From Octopus vulgaris (Eukaryota), in assembly GCA_951406725.2 (NCBI GenBank), contig OX597822.1:82150001-82214000 (forward strand): DNA of 64,000 nt, in the 5' to 3' direction. Made by a program: the position numbers and the translations under genes. This document shows positions 47,591 through 61,148 of this stretch, one piece after another (position 1 is the first letter of the stretch; each line of letters begins with the position of its first letter). The notes below the pieces were generated by a model. That model was not told the DNA's origin and made no database searches. It saw only the letters and a list, made by a program, of their open reading frames with translations.

Positions 47591-48570
47591 TGTGTATGGT
47601 ATTTGTTGTTGCAGGAGACATACAATCACTGTTTTGCTCAAAAATAATCATCCAAATTAAAGTCTATTTTCTTTACATAATTCCTCTTCAACTTGACTTC
47701 AGTTATTCCTTGGGTTTTATTATCAAGATGTAAAGACACGTTACAACTAGATTATGGCCAATCATCACTGTTGAAAGAAAGGCTATAGAGGGGGTCACCT
47801 AACCACACCCAGAAATCACACATCCGCGTCAGTTTACAAAACTTACTTAACCTTGGAACAGCCAATGTCTCGTCTGAGACCACAAAATACTGTCTCGATA
47901 ATCAAAAGATTATGTTTTCACTTAAATACCATTATTGTGGAACAATATTGAAAAATCAATTAATTCTACAGCAGCAGTTTTTTTATTTTATTATTTATTT
48001 ATATTTGGATGTGTTTCTCTTTCAGGGTGCTTGTCCCATATTTTTACCATTCACCATTTTCTATCTCCTTTTTTTTTATATTTGTTTGTTTGTTTGTCTG
48101 CTCATATTTATTTGTTTGTTTATTTGATTTTTGCATTTAAAAAAATTTTATTCTTTTTTATGTGGGTTTTTTTTCTTTGTTACCAATATTTCATCTTCAC
48201 AGTCATCTCCTCCTCCTCTCCTTTCTCCCCACACCTCTCCCCTTCCTTTTTGTTTCTTTTTTTCTCCTATTTCTTCTCTTCTGCAAGAACTGAGAAAGTC
48301 ACTATGTGGTCGTTCGAAATGCTAGAAATAACAACCAAATCTCTTGCTGCTCATAACATACAATATATGTATATCTATAAATAAAGAAACAATTTCACAT
48401 TGGATTATGTAATCCTAATTGCATTATACATGAAGTTCAGATTTGAGGGTCACAATTAGAATGCCTTCAGTCATAGGTCAGCTCAATCAGGGCTTAGAGC
48501 TAAACAACACCATCAGGGCCAACTTAGAGCTAAAGAACAACATGAACAACAACCAATGTTGATACTATAC

Positions 48571-48961
48571 TCTTACTCTTTTACTTGTTTCAGTCATTTG
48601 ACTGCAGCCATGCTGGAGCACCGCCTTTAGTCGAGCAAATTGACCCCAGGACTTATTCGTTGTAAACCTAGTACTTATTCTATTGGTCTTTTGCCGAACC
48701 ACTAAGTTACAGGGATGTAAACACACCACCATAGGTTGTCAAGCGATGTTGGGGGGACAAACACAAACACACACACATATATATATACATATACATATAT
48801 ATATATGACGGGCTTCTTTCAGTTTCCGTCTACCAGATCCACTCACAAGGCTTTGGTTGGCCTGAGGCTATAGAAGAAGACACTTGCCGAAGTTGCCATG
48901 CAGTGAGACTGAACCCGGAACCATGTGGTTCGTAAGCAAGCTACTTACCACACAGCCACTA
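48571..48961 (-). mobile_element. SINE family A, well preserved
   Basis: Reverse complement of 23061-23463. Confidence 0.9.
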
Positions 48962-49020
48962 CTATACCTAGAACAACTAATCTTCTTTTTCACTATATTG
49001 AAAATATATGTCTTAATTAT

Positions 49021-49643
49021 AGGTGTAAGTGTGGCTGTGTGGATGAGAAACTTGTTTGACAATGATGAAATCTTGGGTTCAGTGCCACTGCATGGCACCT
49101 TGGGCAAGTGTCTTCTACTACAGCCCCAGACAGAGCAATGCCTTGTAAGTGGATTTGATGGATGGAAACTAAAAGAAGCCTGCAGTATGTATATGTGTGC
49201 GTGTGTATTATATTTACTCCACCTCCCACACTCCTCTGCTGCCTGGCAGTCAGTATCAGGTTACATCCCAAAAACTTAGCATTTTGGCCAAAGTGATCAA
49301 CTGATTAAGGGCGGCAAGCTGGCAGAAACGTTAGCACACCAGACGAAATGCTTAGCGATATTTTGTCTGCCGTTACATTGTGAGTTCAGATTCCGCTGAG
49401 GTCAACTTTGCCTTTCGTCCTTTTGGGGTTGATTAAATAAGCAGCAGTTATGCAGTGGGGTCAATGTAATTTACTTAATCCCTTCATGTGTCCTTGTTTG
49501 TCCCCTCTATGTCTAGCACCTTGTGGGCAATGAAGAAATAAATTAAGTATTAGGCTTAAAAATAAGTACTGGGGTTGAATTATTCATGGTGATGCTCCAG
49601 CATGGCCGCTGTCCAATGACTGAAACAAGTAAAAGATAAAAGA
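49021..49643 (+). mobile_element. SINE family A interrupted by SINE family B
   Basis: Head at 49021-49190; tail (aataagtactgggg..gctccagcatggccgc..gaaacaagtaaaag) resumes after about 49545. Confidence 0.7.
49308..49541 (+). mobile_element. SINE family B, reference copy
   Basis: ggcggcaagcTGGCAGAAACGTTAGC (A-box-like), GAGTTCAGATTCC (B box), actttgcctttcgtccttttggggttgattaaataag. Confidence 0.85.
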
Positions 49644-49658
49644 ACCAAATTTCTTTCT

Positions 49659-49695
<37 letters not shown>

Positions 49696-49697
49696 GG

Positions 49698-50414
49698 AGG
49701 CACAGGTGTGGTTGTGTGGTAGGCTACTTGCTTCCCAACCACATAGTTCTGGGTTCAATCGCACTACACGGCACCAGCCTCCAGCCAACGAAAGCTTTAT
49801 GGGTAGATTTGGAAGACGGAAACTGAAAGAAGCCTGTCATATGTATTTGTGTGTGTGTGTGTTTGTGTATTCATCTATGTGTTTGTTTCCCTGCTATCAC
49901 TTGACAACTGATGCCAGTGGTTTATGTCCCTGTAACTTTCAGCAAAAGAGTCTGATAGAATAAGTACTAGACTTATAAAGAACTAGCACTATGACCCAGC
50001 AGTGCTAGTGCATGCATATACAGCTGTGTGCGTGCACACATACACGCGAGTACTGTCCAAATCTCCAACCAATAACATACAGCTAGCTGGCATTCAATTG
50101 GCGTATCAATTGGGTTTTGGATAGAAAACTCATAAAAAAAGTCACTTCTATTGATTTTTTAATGGCTTTGCGGGGTGACTAGGGAAATGTAAAGATGTGC
50201 GCGACCACTCTTGGATGGTTTTGAATGACCATAGAAAGTGCAAGCCATAGAAACTGAAAAATTGTGGATTTGTATAAAGGATACATACACACGCAGACAG
50301 ACATTTTGCCGTTTATATATATAGAGATAAGTCCTGAGGTCAATTTCTTTGACTAAAACTCTTTAAGGCAACACTCCAGCATGGCTGCAGTCAAATGACT
50401 GAAACACATAAAAG
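49698..50414 (+). mobile_element. SINE family A interrupted by a Helentron-type element
   Basis: SINE sequence aaaga|ataagtcct is split at 49981/50327. Confidence 0.75.
49982..50326. mobile_element. Non-autonomous Helentron/HINE (DINE-1-like) element
   Basis: Starts ACTAGCACT...AGTGCTAGT (hairpin), ends acagacagacattttgccgtttatatatatagag, and is inserted cleanly between A|A (TT target) with no TSD. Confidence 0.6.
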
Positions 50415-50619
50415 TGTAAAATATATATATATACTAGCTTAAAAGCTGCTCCATCCGGCAGCTTTTAAGCTAGCTCCTGTGGAGGGCTCATCATTGGACC
50501 CTGAGCCCAACAATGATACTTCACGCATTGAGTACATATTAAATTTTATTAAACTTGAACAATATTTCTCAAGCAATGATATTATTTGTCGACTTGGAAC
50601 TTATTGCAAAGCTACATTA

Positions 50620-50895
50620 TAAACAACTCCTTGTAACACCAAAGATGAACTGAAGGCAAGGGTTATGGCAGCATTCACGAACTTAAATAAGGAGACCATC
50701 CAGAAGAGTTGCAGGAGATTCCAAAGTCGTCTGGAGGACGTAGTTGAAGCCAATGGCGATTTTATTGAATAAATTTACTCTTTAATATTTCAAGATATTT
50801 TTTTAAAGTAATTTTGATAAATATATCTGTTAAAATGTCAGTGTTATTTTCATTTTTGCACAAATTAGACGACAGTTTATTCACCGCCCCTTGTG
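50620..50895 (+). mobile_element. maT/Tc1-mariner 3' fragment
   Basis: NTKDELKARVMAAFTNLNKETIQKSCRRFQSRLEDVVEANGDFIE* plus right TIR; homologous to 58600-58868. Confidence 0.8.
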
Positions 50896-51579
50896 TATAT
50901 ATACATATATATCTTTTACTGGTTTGAGTCATTAGATTGTGGCCATGCTTGGGCACCTCCTTGAAGAATATTGGCTGAATGAATCAACCTCTGTACATTT
51001 TTTTTTAAAGCTTGTTACTTATTCTATCGATATTTTCTTTATCCTTTTCGAGGAAACAAGGAAGAGAGGAGAGTGTGAATTAAAAAAAAAAAAAAAAAAG
51101 ACAAATAGAAGCACATAAAAATAATTCCTAATTTCTTAACTTTTCTATCAAATATTGATTCTACACACAACTTCAGACCCCTGCAGAAATACCCAACAAA
51201 TACAAAATTAAAATCCATAAGTGAATAAAGAAAAAAAAAAAGAGAAAAGATTTAAGAAATATTGAAATATAAATAAATGGAAATTTTTTAAATAATTTTT
51301 TAGTAACTTTTTGCATTTGTTCTTTTTCATTTCTGTTGGCTTTCTTAATCATTTCTTGTTTATTTGCTTAATTTTTTTAATATATTTTTGCCTTTTCACG
51401 ATCTGTGTATTTATGGTTTGGAGATGGGATGGGTAAATCTGTCTGTGTGTGTGTGTGTGTGTGTGTATACACACACACAACTAAACAAAATATTAAGATT
51501 ATATATGTGTGTATGTGTGTATGTATATATATATATATACACACACTCACACCTAAGCAAAATATTAATAGACACAGAT

Positions 51580-51632
<53 letters not shown>

Positions 51633-51724
51633 CATATATATATATATATATACATACACACGTGCACACACATATATATGCACATATATACACACACACA
51701 TATATATATATATAGTATATGTAT

Positions 51725-52000
51725 ATCATAACCATCATCATCGCTTAACATCTGCTGTCCATGCTGGCATAGGTTGGAAAGTTTGACTGAGGACTGGCAA
51801 GCCAGTAGGCTGCACAGGCTCCAATCTGATCTGGCAATGTTTCTACAGCTGGATGCCCTTCCTAATGCCAACCACTCCGAGAGTGTAGTGGGTGCTTTTT
51901 ATTTGCCTCTAGCATGGGAGCCAGTCAGAGGGCACTGGCATCAACCATGTCTGGATGGTGCTTTTTACGTGTCACTGCCACAGGAGCCAATCAGCGGGCA
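51725..52000 (-). mobile_element. RTE 3'-UTR fragment in a (TA)n tract
   Basis: catcatcatcgcttaac..ctggatgcccttcctaatgccaaccactccg..gtgctttttacgtg. Confidence 0.85.
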
Positions 52001-54609
52001 ATATATATATATATATATATATATATACCTAAGCAAAATATTAACACACACATGATCATTTAACATCCACCTTTCCATGTTTGCATGGGTCAGAGAGGAA
52101 TTGCTGATGCAGATTTTTTACAAGTGGATGCCTTTCCTGTTTCCAAACCTTTCAAAGGTAACATTTCCCAAAGACCAGTCATAGAAGACTGAAAATGAAT
52201 GATATCTCTTGCATAACGCTGACACTCATTGATGACTGTCTTGCAAAGCCAAGGCAAGGAGACAGTAACACACACTCAGTTATACAAGAATCCATAAGTC
52301 ATAAAGATGGGAACTTGCATATTTGTCAATAGAGTGGGTATATTAAAGTATGCAGTATTATAGTTCCATTATAGTTGGTCTTATAAATGCATGTTGAACA
52401 GGATATTAGCTAATTAGAAGGTTATTTAATAACTGCATTCGTCAGAGATGGAAAAGTGTTGAGTGCTCTCTGTTACTGGAGGTGAAGAAGAGTAACATCC
52501 AGTTTGTGGGTATGGAGAGAAAAAATACAATGAAACCACGGGAGGCAATTATGAGAGAGATCTATAAGAGTTATAACTGATGCCCCTGCAAAATACCAAG
52601 TAATTGCAGCAAAAGTAGGGTGGGTTGATATGTGTGAGAGGGAGGGATTGATAGGGTGTCCAAGCGTTGAACCTCATGTATGGGTGAATGTTTGTGTGTG
52701 TGCTTATGTGTGTATGATTTGGTGTGGTCAAAATTTTGCTGAATTCTCAGGTTGTGATGGAGGAAGGACTGATGGTGGAGGTTCAAGAGTTTATAATCAT
52801 AGTGGAACCTGTAGGTATGTGATCGCATTTTTTCTTTCATGTGGGCATGAGCAAAATGCTGCGCTCTTGCTGTTTTGGCAGGTGTCTGACTGAAGAGAGT
52901 TTTTTTTTTATATTTATATATTACACTTTTCTCTAGGGAAAGGGGAATATGAACCATAGCACTTTATCTGTATATCATACTTAACACAGATATGCTGTAG
53001 AAATGCTGGAAACTAGGGCATTTGTCTTGAAAGAAAGCATTGTCTATAGACATAAAGAGTTAAAAAGCAGAGATATATGAGAGAGTGCTGAAAGGTTCCT
53101 CTGCCCTCTTCCATTTTATTTCCCTTCTACCACTGACACATGACCTGTGGTCACCATCACCTCTTTTCTCCATTTCCTTTCCTTGCCAATCACCAATGCA
53201 ACCAGTCGTGTTTCTCCCACTTTCAACACAGTTTGTTGTCTCTCTGTTCATTTTGTTTCCAATCTTCCAGGATACTCTCCTTGGTGTCACTTATATTTTC
53301 ATGTCTGAGCAATAAGGCCTTATTCTCTTTATTTATTTCATTTCCTTTCTATGTCCACATTCTGTCTGGTTCATTTTCATCTTTGTCTTTTGTCCACTCG
53401 TTGTCTCGAATATTATTTTGTCTGTACATTTATTTCATTTTCGTTTGTATATTTACTTCATTTTCGTTTGTATATTTATTTCATTTTCATTTGTATATTT
53501 ACTTTCTGTCGTGTTTGGTCTCTTGTTTGTTTGCTCACTATTTGCCAGCGGCTTCTCGTCGCTGACGCCACCAAAGGGAATCGATATTATCATTAAAGGC
53601 CTGAAATGATGGGGTTCTTTTAGTTTCCACCAACCTATCCGCTCACAAGGACTTGGTTGGCCTGAGGCTATAGTAGAAGACACTTGCCCAAGGTGCCACA
53701 CAGTACAACTGAACTTCAAACCATCTGATCAGGAAGCAGGCTTCTTACCACACATCCATGCCTACACAGTGCTACAGATACACATGTATAACAAAAATAT
53801 ATATACCAATGTCTAACCCATGCAGGCAAGGAAAATAGACATCAAATGATGATGATATACGTACATGTTCATACACAAACAGTTGGAAGGCACCACTTAA
53901 CTACAGCATTAGCTGGGATACCTAAAAACAAACTAAAGAACTCCAGCATTTGTGTATACACACACACACACAACTGGAAGGTATTTAAATGAGCTATAAA
54001 ATTATATAAAAAAATACAGACCACTTTATAGCATTCACTTCAATGTATGCATATACATGTTTCTGTATATAACATATACCACACTCACATATGCATATAC
54101 ACATGGGCATGTATGCATATACATTTACATGTTCATAGACATGCATACAGTTGTATGCATGCACAAAACCACCTGTATAGCTGCATACACAAACATCTCT
54201 GTACGTACTCACACACAAGTACATACATACAGGTACTCTCTCTCTTATACACACACACATCCTCAAAAACAATCAGGCAGCCACATTTTAACAAATCAGG
54301 CATACAAAACACATACAGAAACATGAAAATACATCTATATACATGTGTGTGTGTGTGTGTATGTAATTATAGTACTATATTGATATACCTATGAAATTTC
54401 TAAGCCATCATGCCTAAGAAATTTGAAAAAAATAGAAAGAAAGAAACAAAAATTTTTTAAAATTAAAACAAAAAAAAAAACAATTGAAATCTTAGAAAAT
54501 TGAAGAGGTAAAAAATAACTGTGCTATTTTAATCAGAGGCTTGTTTTGGATGTGTGTATATATGAATGTGTGTGTGTCTTTATATGTGTGTGTGCACATG
54601 TTTATATGT

Positions 54610-54665
<56 letters not shown>

Positions 54666-54905
54666 TGAATATATATGTGAATTAATGCATCTGAATGCAT
54701 TTGTAAAGTTTCCCAACATTAAGTAAAATCTTAAGTAAAATTGCCATGTGCATTTGTGTGTATGTATGTACGCGAGTGTTTATTCTGTATGTGTGTATAT
54801 GTGAGTGTTTGTCTGCTCTGTGTATGTGCATTTGTCTGTTCTGTATGTGCGTCCATTCTACATTTGCATGCATATACACACATACATACACATATATATA
54901 TATAT

Positions 54906-55382
54906 ATCATCATCATCATCATCGTCATTGTTTAACATCCGCTTTCCCTGCTGGCATGGGTTGGACGGTTTGACTGAGGGCTGGGAAGCCAGAAGGCTGC
55001 ACCAAGCTCCAATCTGATCTGGCAAAGTTTCTACAGCTCGATGCCCTTCCTGTTATTTCTAGCAACTGTATGGAGACTTCCTCATAGACCTGACTGTCTA
55101 ATATATGTCTGCTCTGTTTTTAGTTATGTCTCAATATATTTATAAAATTTGTGTTTATCATCTAAATGTGTATGTGTTTTCATGATAAGAGGGCTGATCA
55201 GTAAAACCAATATAGCTTTTTGTTTGTCTTGCAAGGTACTCGGTGACCCTGTCGGTGTTGGTGCCATGAAAAAACATCCAGCTGTAGAGACCAAGCCAAA
55301 ACAAACTATTGAGCCTGGTACTGCTTCCATCCATGTCAAATCATCCAACCCATGCTAGCATAGAAAACAGATGTTAAATGAT
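54906..55382. mobile_element. Two RTE-tail fragments (54906-55050 -, 55235-55382 +)
   Basis: Both match the RTE terminus. Confidence 0.7.
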
Positions 55383-56132
55383 GTTTTGTATAAGCAGTTT
55401 TTGAAATTGAAGGAGAAAAATATTACAGGAGACTGAAAGAGATTAAAAGATATAGAAGCACAATAAATGGGTACATGATAGTAGTGGGAGGGACTGTTGT
55501 AAGAAAAAATGTGAAGAAGAATTAAAGCACAAGGAATGGTAGAATAAGAAGGAGCAAAGATGAAGATAGTCTAAAACAATATCAAATGTGTATGTATTCA
55601 CATAGTTTTAATCATGTGATGATGAGCAAAGTGTTTACATTTCACAGATGTCTCTGATCTGATGCTTGAATATAGGTCTAGGTTATGAAGTATTTTGAAG
55701 ATTTTGTTTTCCTTACTGTGTCCAGATCATACTTTTTGCATCAAAGAATTTTTGTTTCCTTACTCATCACACACACATATATATATTAGACATACTCATG
55801 TGTATACATATACAATGAAATGATGCTAAGAGAAGTATAGTGATTCAGGCCGAGCTGAGAGAGAGAGAGAGACAGATAGACAGACAGGCAGACAAGGTAA
55901 CTCTCCAGCCAAACATTAAATAAAATCTGGAGTTATAGACATGATTTTTTTGCTGAAGCTGTAATGGCTTCATCGAGTGCAGGAAATACCATTAACCTAT
56001 GTGAAGACAATTGAAAAGTAAGCAGGCAAATTCCTATAAGATTGTTTTGATTTTCTGCCATGCTTTACAGGATCCAGGCTGAATAGCACAACTGCGAAAT
56101 TCCAGCTTCAGCTGCCTTAAATATTGCTGGTG

Positions 56133-56171
<39 letters not shown>

Positions 56172-56190
56172 GTTTACAAGAAGAATGTTG

Positions 56191-56232
56191 ACAGTAACTC
56201 TGAAGTTTTATTTTACTAGTCTTCATCAGGCT
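56191..56232 (-). ncRNA. Degenerate hammerhead motif (family of 61149-61236)
   Basis: Minus strand CTGATGA-AGAC..AAAAC-TTCAGA-GTT-ACTGTCAAC; downstream flank homologous to 61150-61133. Confidence 0.4.
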
Positions 56233-57230
56233 CTTCTGTACTTTAGTTCATTTTGTCTTTATATATTCTTTGGCAAGTTGTTTTCCTGGGGTAGGTGTAG
56301 CAGGTGTAGCTATGCAAAATGATCAGTAAGCATGATGTATGTAGGTTTGTGAAGAAGATGTGGAAGGAGGGGGAAAGAAGTGGGTAGGAAGAAAGCAAGT
56401 TTGTAGAGTGTGGGTTGATAGAAAGTTATTGTTGGAAGACTTTGTTTGGTTTGATATGGGAATTGTGTTACTGTTCAGAGTTCAGTCAAATGTGGAAGCT
56501 ACTGTGTACAGAGTGTTCAATTTAGCTGAGTCGGATTTGAGCCATAAGATTCTTTCTATAGAAAGTTAGTTTTTACTGTGTTTCGGGGTTCACAAAAGAA
56601 TGTTTGGAAATAAATTAGTTGATCAGTTTTTGTTAATGTGTTGTTGATATTATTTGATTTCTATTCAGAAATTTTAATCTGTGTGTTTTGGGAAAGTTAG
56701 GATTGAAAGACTATGTTGCTATAAATATTTACTGGAGTTTTCTATTCAGCTTTCAGTGTGGTTATTTGTTTTCATATTATATTACTGCAGCCAGTTGAAT
56801 ATGCGTAACTGCACGACATCGCCTGTACTTTGGCCATCATAAACTGAGGATGTTTAATATATCGTGTATGGAAGTTGATATATGAAGCTGGACAGAGTTG
56901 TGTGTGTGAGAGAGAGTGTGAGTGCGTGTGTGTGTGAGAGAGAGTGTGTGTGTGCGAGAGAGAGAGAGAGAGAGTGAGAGAGAATGTGTGTGTGTGTGTG
57001 TGTATTTCTGCATGTATGTATATTTGATTCAATCTAAAACCAGGTGATTATGCTATGTCCATTTTACTCCCGTAACGTAGTGGTTTGACAAACTGCTATT
57101 GATAAAATATGTATTAGACCGATATAAGGACTAGGGTTGATATGATCAGCTGAAACTCTTGAAGATGGTGCCTTTGTAAGGTTCTGTAATCTGATGAATG
57201 AAACAAGTAAAAGAATTGAAAATACAGGAA

Positions 57231-57427
57231 TAAGAAATGAGGAATTATGGACATTATTTAGATTTGATAGATATATATCCTCATCTTGTTTGTTGCTAAC
57301 ACAACATTTTGGCTGATATACCCTCCAGCCTTCATCAGGTGTCTTGGGGAATTTTCGAACCTGGGTTCTTATTCCTAAGGTATTTTTTGATATTATTATT
57401 ATTATTAGTAGTAGTAGTAGTAGTAGT

Positions 57428-57470
<43 letters not shown>

Positions 57471-57508
57471 TCCAGGTCACTGCCTGGAATCGAACTTGGA
57501 ATCTTTGA
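57231..57508 (-). mobile_element. tRNA-head + microsatellite + hammerhead SINE, copy 3 (head 5'-truncated)
   Basis: HHR motif at 57343-57298; B box ggaatcgaactt at 57486-57497; A box lost. Confidence 0.8.
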
Positions 57509-57653
57509 ATAATAATAATAACATCGAAAAATACCTTAGGAATGAGAACCCAGGTTCGAAATTTCCCCAAAGACACCTGATGAAGGCAGGAGGGTATATC
57601 AGCCAAAACGTTGTGTTAACAACAAACATGAGTACAAATATCTATCACATGTA

Positions 57654-57660
<7 letters not shown>
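57509..57660 (+). mobile_element. Inverted copy of the hammerhead-SINE tail
   Basis: (AAT)n + acatcgaaaaataccttagg..gacac-CTGATGA-A-GGCAG..CAGCC-AAAAC-GTT-GTGTT (57572-57617). Confidence 0.85.
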
Positions 57661-57697
<37 letters not shown>

Positions 57698-57826
57698 GTG
57701 TGTGTGTGTACATGTAGGAAATGCATATATGAGTGTGGAGTGTGTATGTGTATAGATATATAGTTGGTAATACAGGTATATGTGTGTATATATGCAGATT
57801 ATGTGCTAGTCATATGTATGAATATG

Positions 57827-59149
57827 TGCAGGTGCAGCTGTGTGGTAAGAAGTTTGCTTGCCAACCACATGGTTCTGGGTTCAGTCCTACTGTGGAGTAC
57901 GTTGGCCAAGTGTATTCTACTATATCCCTAGGCCAAACAAAGCCTTGAGAGTGGATTTGGTCGACTGAAATTGACAGAAGCCCATCATTTACAGGGTGCG
58001 ATGGGTAAATTGTTGCCATTTTATATTTTTAATTTTGCATATGTGCATTGTTTGTTTTTGATTTTGTTGACTACACAGTACAGTAGGGCCAGTTGGGCAC
58101 CATCTGTGAGAAAAACAACACCATAACACAATTCACTCTGCCAAAAATTTGGTAACAATTGCTGCACTGCTTGGCATTTGCACCAAAAGCTCCAATACAA
58201 ACATTTTAGAGTGTTTGGGTCTCAATCTGAAGACAGTGAAATCTGAGGCCATGTTCTGAGAGTGATAAAAATCAAATGTCCAGTCAACATCATAGTGTTT
58301 GGAATGATCGCTAGTGATGGTAACATTATGCCTCCATTCACACACAGCCTCACACTCAACACAGAGGCTTACATCAAGTGTTTGAAGGAGGTAGCGCTGC
58401 CCTGGATCAACAGGATGACTGCTGGAAGACCCTATGTCTGGCAACAGGACTCTGCACTATGCCACACAAGCAGGAGAACCCAGTCATAGCTGTCAGACAA
58501 TTTCTGTGACGACACCACCCTTAACATCTGGCCACCTAACTCCCCAGACTGCAAACCCCTTGCTTATTATGTGAGGGGCACAGTTGAGTGAGAGACCAAC
58601 AAAACTCCTAACACCAAAGATGAACTGAAGGCAAGGATTATGGCAGCATTCACCATTTTAAACAAAGAGACCTTCCAGAAAAGTTACAGGCGATTCCAAA
58701 GTCATCTGGATTCTGTGGTTGAAGTCAATGGCGATTTTATTGAATAAATTTACCCTATAGTATTTCAAGATATATTTATGTAATTTTGGTAAATATATCT
58801 ATCAAAATGAGATGTCAGTATTATTTTAATTTTTGTGTAATTTAGACGATTTATTCACTGTACCTTGTGCATGTGTGTGTGTGCATGCGTTTGTGTGTGT
58901 GTGTGTGTGTGTGTGTGCATGCGTGTGCGTGCATGCATGTGTGCATGCGTGTCTGACCCCACCACCACTTGACAACAGGTGTTCATGGTGTTGATGTCCC
59001 TGTAACTTAGTAGTTCAGCAAAACAGAATGATAGAATAAGTACCAGTTAAAAGTAAACAAGTACTGAGTTTAATTCATTCCACTAAAATTCTTGAAGGCA
59101 GTGCCCCAGCATGGCCACAGTCTAATGCCTGAAACAAATAAAAAATAGA
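57827..59149 (+). mobile_element. SINE family A interrupted by a maT element
   Basis: Head at 57827-57988; body and tail resume at about 58955. Confidence 0.7.
57990..58868 (+). mobile_element. Internally deleted maT (DD37D) DNA transposon
   Basis: TIRs tacagggtgcgatgggtaaattg / gacgatttattcactgtaccttgt. YVWQQDSA..H..WPPNSPDCKPL(D>A)YY gives 37 residues between the second and third catalytic positions. Confidence 0.8.
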
Positions 59150-59469
59150 ATCTATGAAGATGTGTTTGGCAACGCAAACCCTGAAACTTGACATAGACCC
59201 TTGTCTTGCCAGTTCATGTAAAGCCTTGCAGCTCATACCAGTGAGGAAAAAGGGACATTAAAGTACATGATGACGTCAGCAAGGTAAAATAATAAATCGA
59301 TGCAGCAAATAAAAATACCCTATGTATTTACTCTGCCCGAGTTGCACAGAGACTCCCTTGTTATTCCTGCCAATGGAAATGCAGTGAACCAGTGGAAATC
59401 TATAACCAGGAATGGTAGGGTTCAGGAAAATACACAGAAACAACAAATGGGTTTGCTACTTTTTGCATT

Positions 59470-59806
59470 CATGCATACATACATCCACATACACACATAT
59501 ATGCACATGTATATATTTGTGTGTGTGCACATATATATATGTGTGCATGTATGTATGTGTGTATATATGTATGTGTGTATTTGTGTGTGTGCACATATAT
59601 ATGTGTGCATGTATGTGTGTGTGTATATATGTATGTGTGTATATATGTGTGTGTGTATATATGTGTGTGTGTATATATGTGTGTGTGTATATATGTGTGT
59701 GCATGTGCATATGTGTGTGCATATATGTGAGTGTGTCCATGCATATATGTGTGTGTGCATGTATGTCTGTGTGCATGTTCATACATATATATATATATGT
59801 ATATAT
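59470..59806. repeat. Compound (TG)/(TA) microsatellite
   Basis: Low-complexity tract that generates the YVC/HTH ORFs. Confidence 0.95.
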
Positions 59807-60715
59807 TCAGTCAAATCGTCCAACCTATGCTAGCATGGTAAGTGGACATTAAACGATGATGATGATGATATATTTATATATATAGTATCTATTGCACAAT
59901 TCAGGGAATATAAACCAACAAATGGCAACAACAACAGTCTCTTCTTTACAAACCAGAGTATTTGCATCAACAATGAATGAACAAGTTTCAGCCATATTAT
60001 AATAATTATTCCTCGCAATGTCCTCAGCACAGAGAGAGAAGACTGAGAGACAACACTGACGGTATTGAGTTAAAACAATTTGTATCTGCAATAAGTTAAA
60101 TACAATGGCCATTGTCAGTTCTGCTGGCAGCAAATCGGGGCTCTACAAACAGAGCTTTAGAAATTAACCATTGCAAAACTACCAACTGCTGGGGTCAGAG
60201 AAAAACATTTAATGTTTGTACAATGTTATTGTAGCTTAGCTCCATGTCAGTCCTGACTGAACAGACAGACCTATGTTCAGAAGTATTCCAACCATGACCT
60301 TTCTGTCTATTATTTCAAGTCTTTCGTACATCAAACTACTTTAAGCATTATGTCAGATATGATTTGAGGAAAATGTGGTTGCTATTTCTAGCAATCATGT
60401 TACTACGTTGAGGAGGCTCTCCTGTTGGCTCACTTTAAAGTGTTGTTGCCGTTGTTTCAGTGTCCACTTTTCCATGCTTGCAATGGGACAGGCAAAATGA
60501 TTTGAGGCAGATTTTCTGCAGCCAGATGCCCTTCCTGTCACCAACCTTCACCTGTTTCCAAACAGGGTAATATTTTCTCATGGCCAGACATGTTTTTCCA
60601 TGGAAGACCGGAAATTAACAGCATCACTTGTATGATGATGATGATGCTCATTCACAATCATTACATGATGTCAAAACAAAGGTGTATACACACACACACT
60701 TGCATTATTCTTAAA

Positions 60716-61123
60716 TAATGAATAGAATCTTTTCTGCTCTAGGCACAAGGCCCGAAATGTTTTGGGAGAGGGGCCAGTCGATTAGATTGACCCCAGTATG
60801 CAACTGGTACTTAATTTATCAACCCTGAAAGGATGAAAAGCAAAAAGCAACCTCAGCTGAATTTGAACTCAGAGCATAACAGAGGAAATACCTATTTCTT
60901 TACTACCCACAAGGGGCTAAACTTAGAGGGGACAAACAAGGATAGACAAAGGGATTAAGTTGATTACATCGACTCCAGTGCGTAACTGGTACTTAATTTA
61001 TCGACCCCAAAAGGACGAAAGGCAAAGTCGACCTCGGCGGAATTTGAACTCAGAATGTAATGGCAGACGAAATACCACTAAGCATTTCACCCAGTGTGCT
61101 AAAGTTTCTGCCAGCTCACCATC
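60716..61123 (-). mobile_element. SINE family B, partially dimeric, with an 11-bp TSD
   Basis: The internal segment is duplicated (about 60776-60857 and 60957-61055); ttattcttaaa occurs at 60705-60715 and 61124-61134. Confidence 0.8.
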
Positions 61124-61148
61124 TTATTCTTAAACAAGAATATTATTG

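Noticed and set aside
56240-56890. Possible second Penelope coding remnant next to the 56.2-kb hammerhead relic
   Set aside because: The strand-biased composition is suggestive, but I could not recover diagnostic GIY-YIG or RT motifs by eye.
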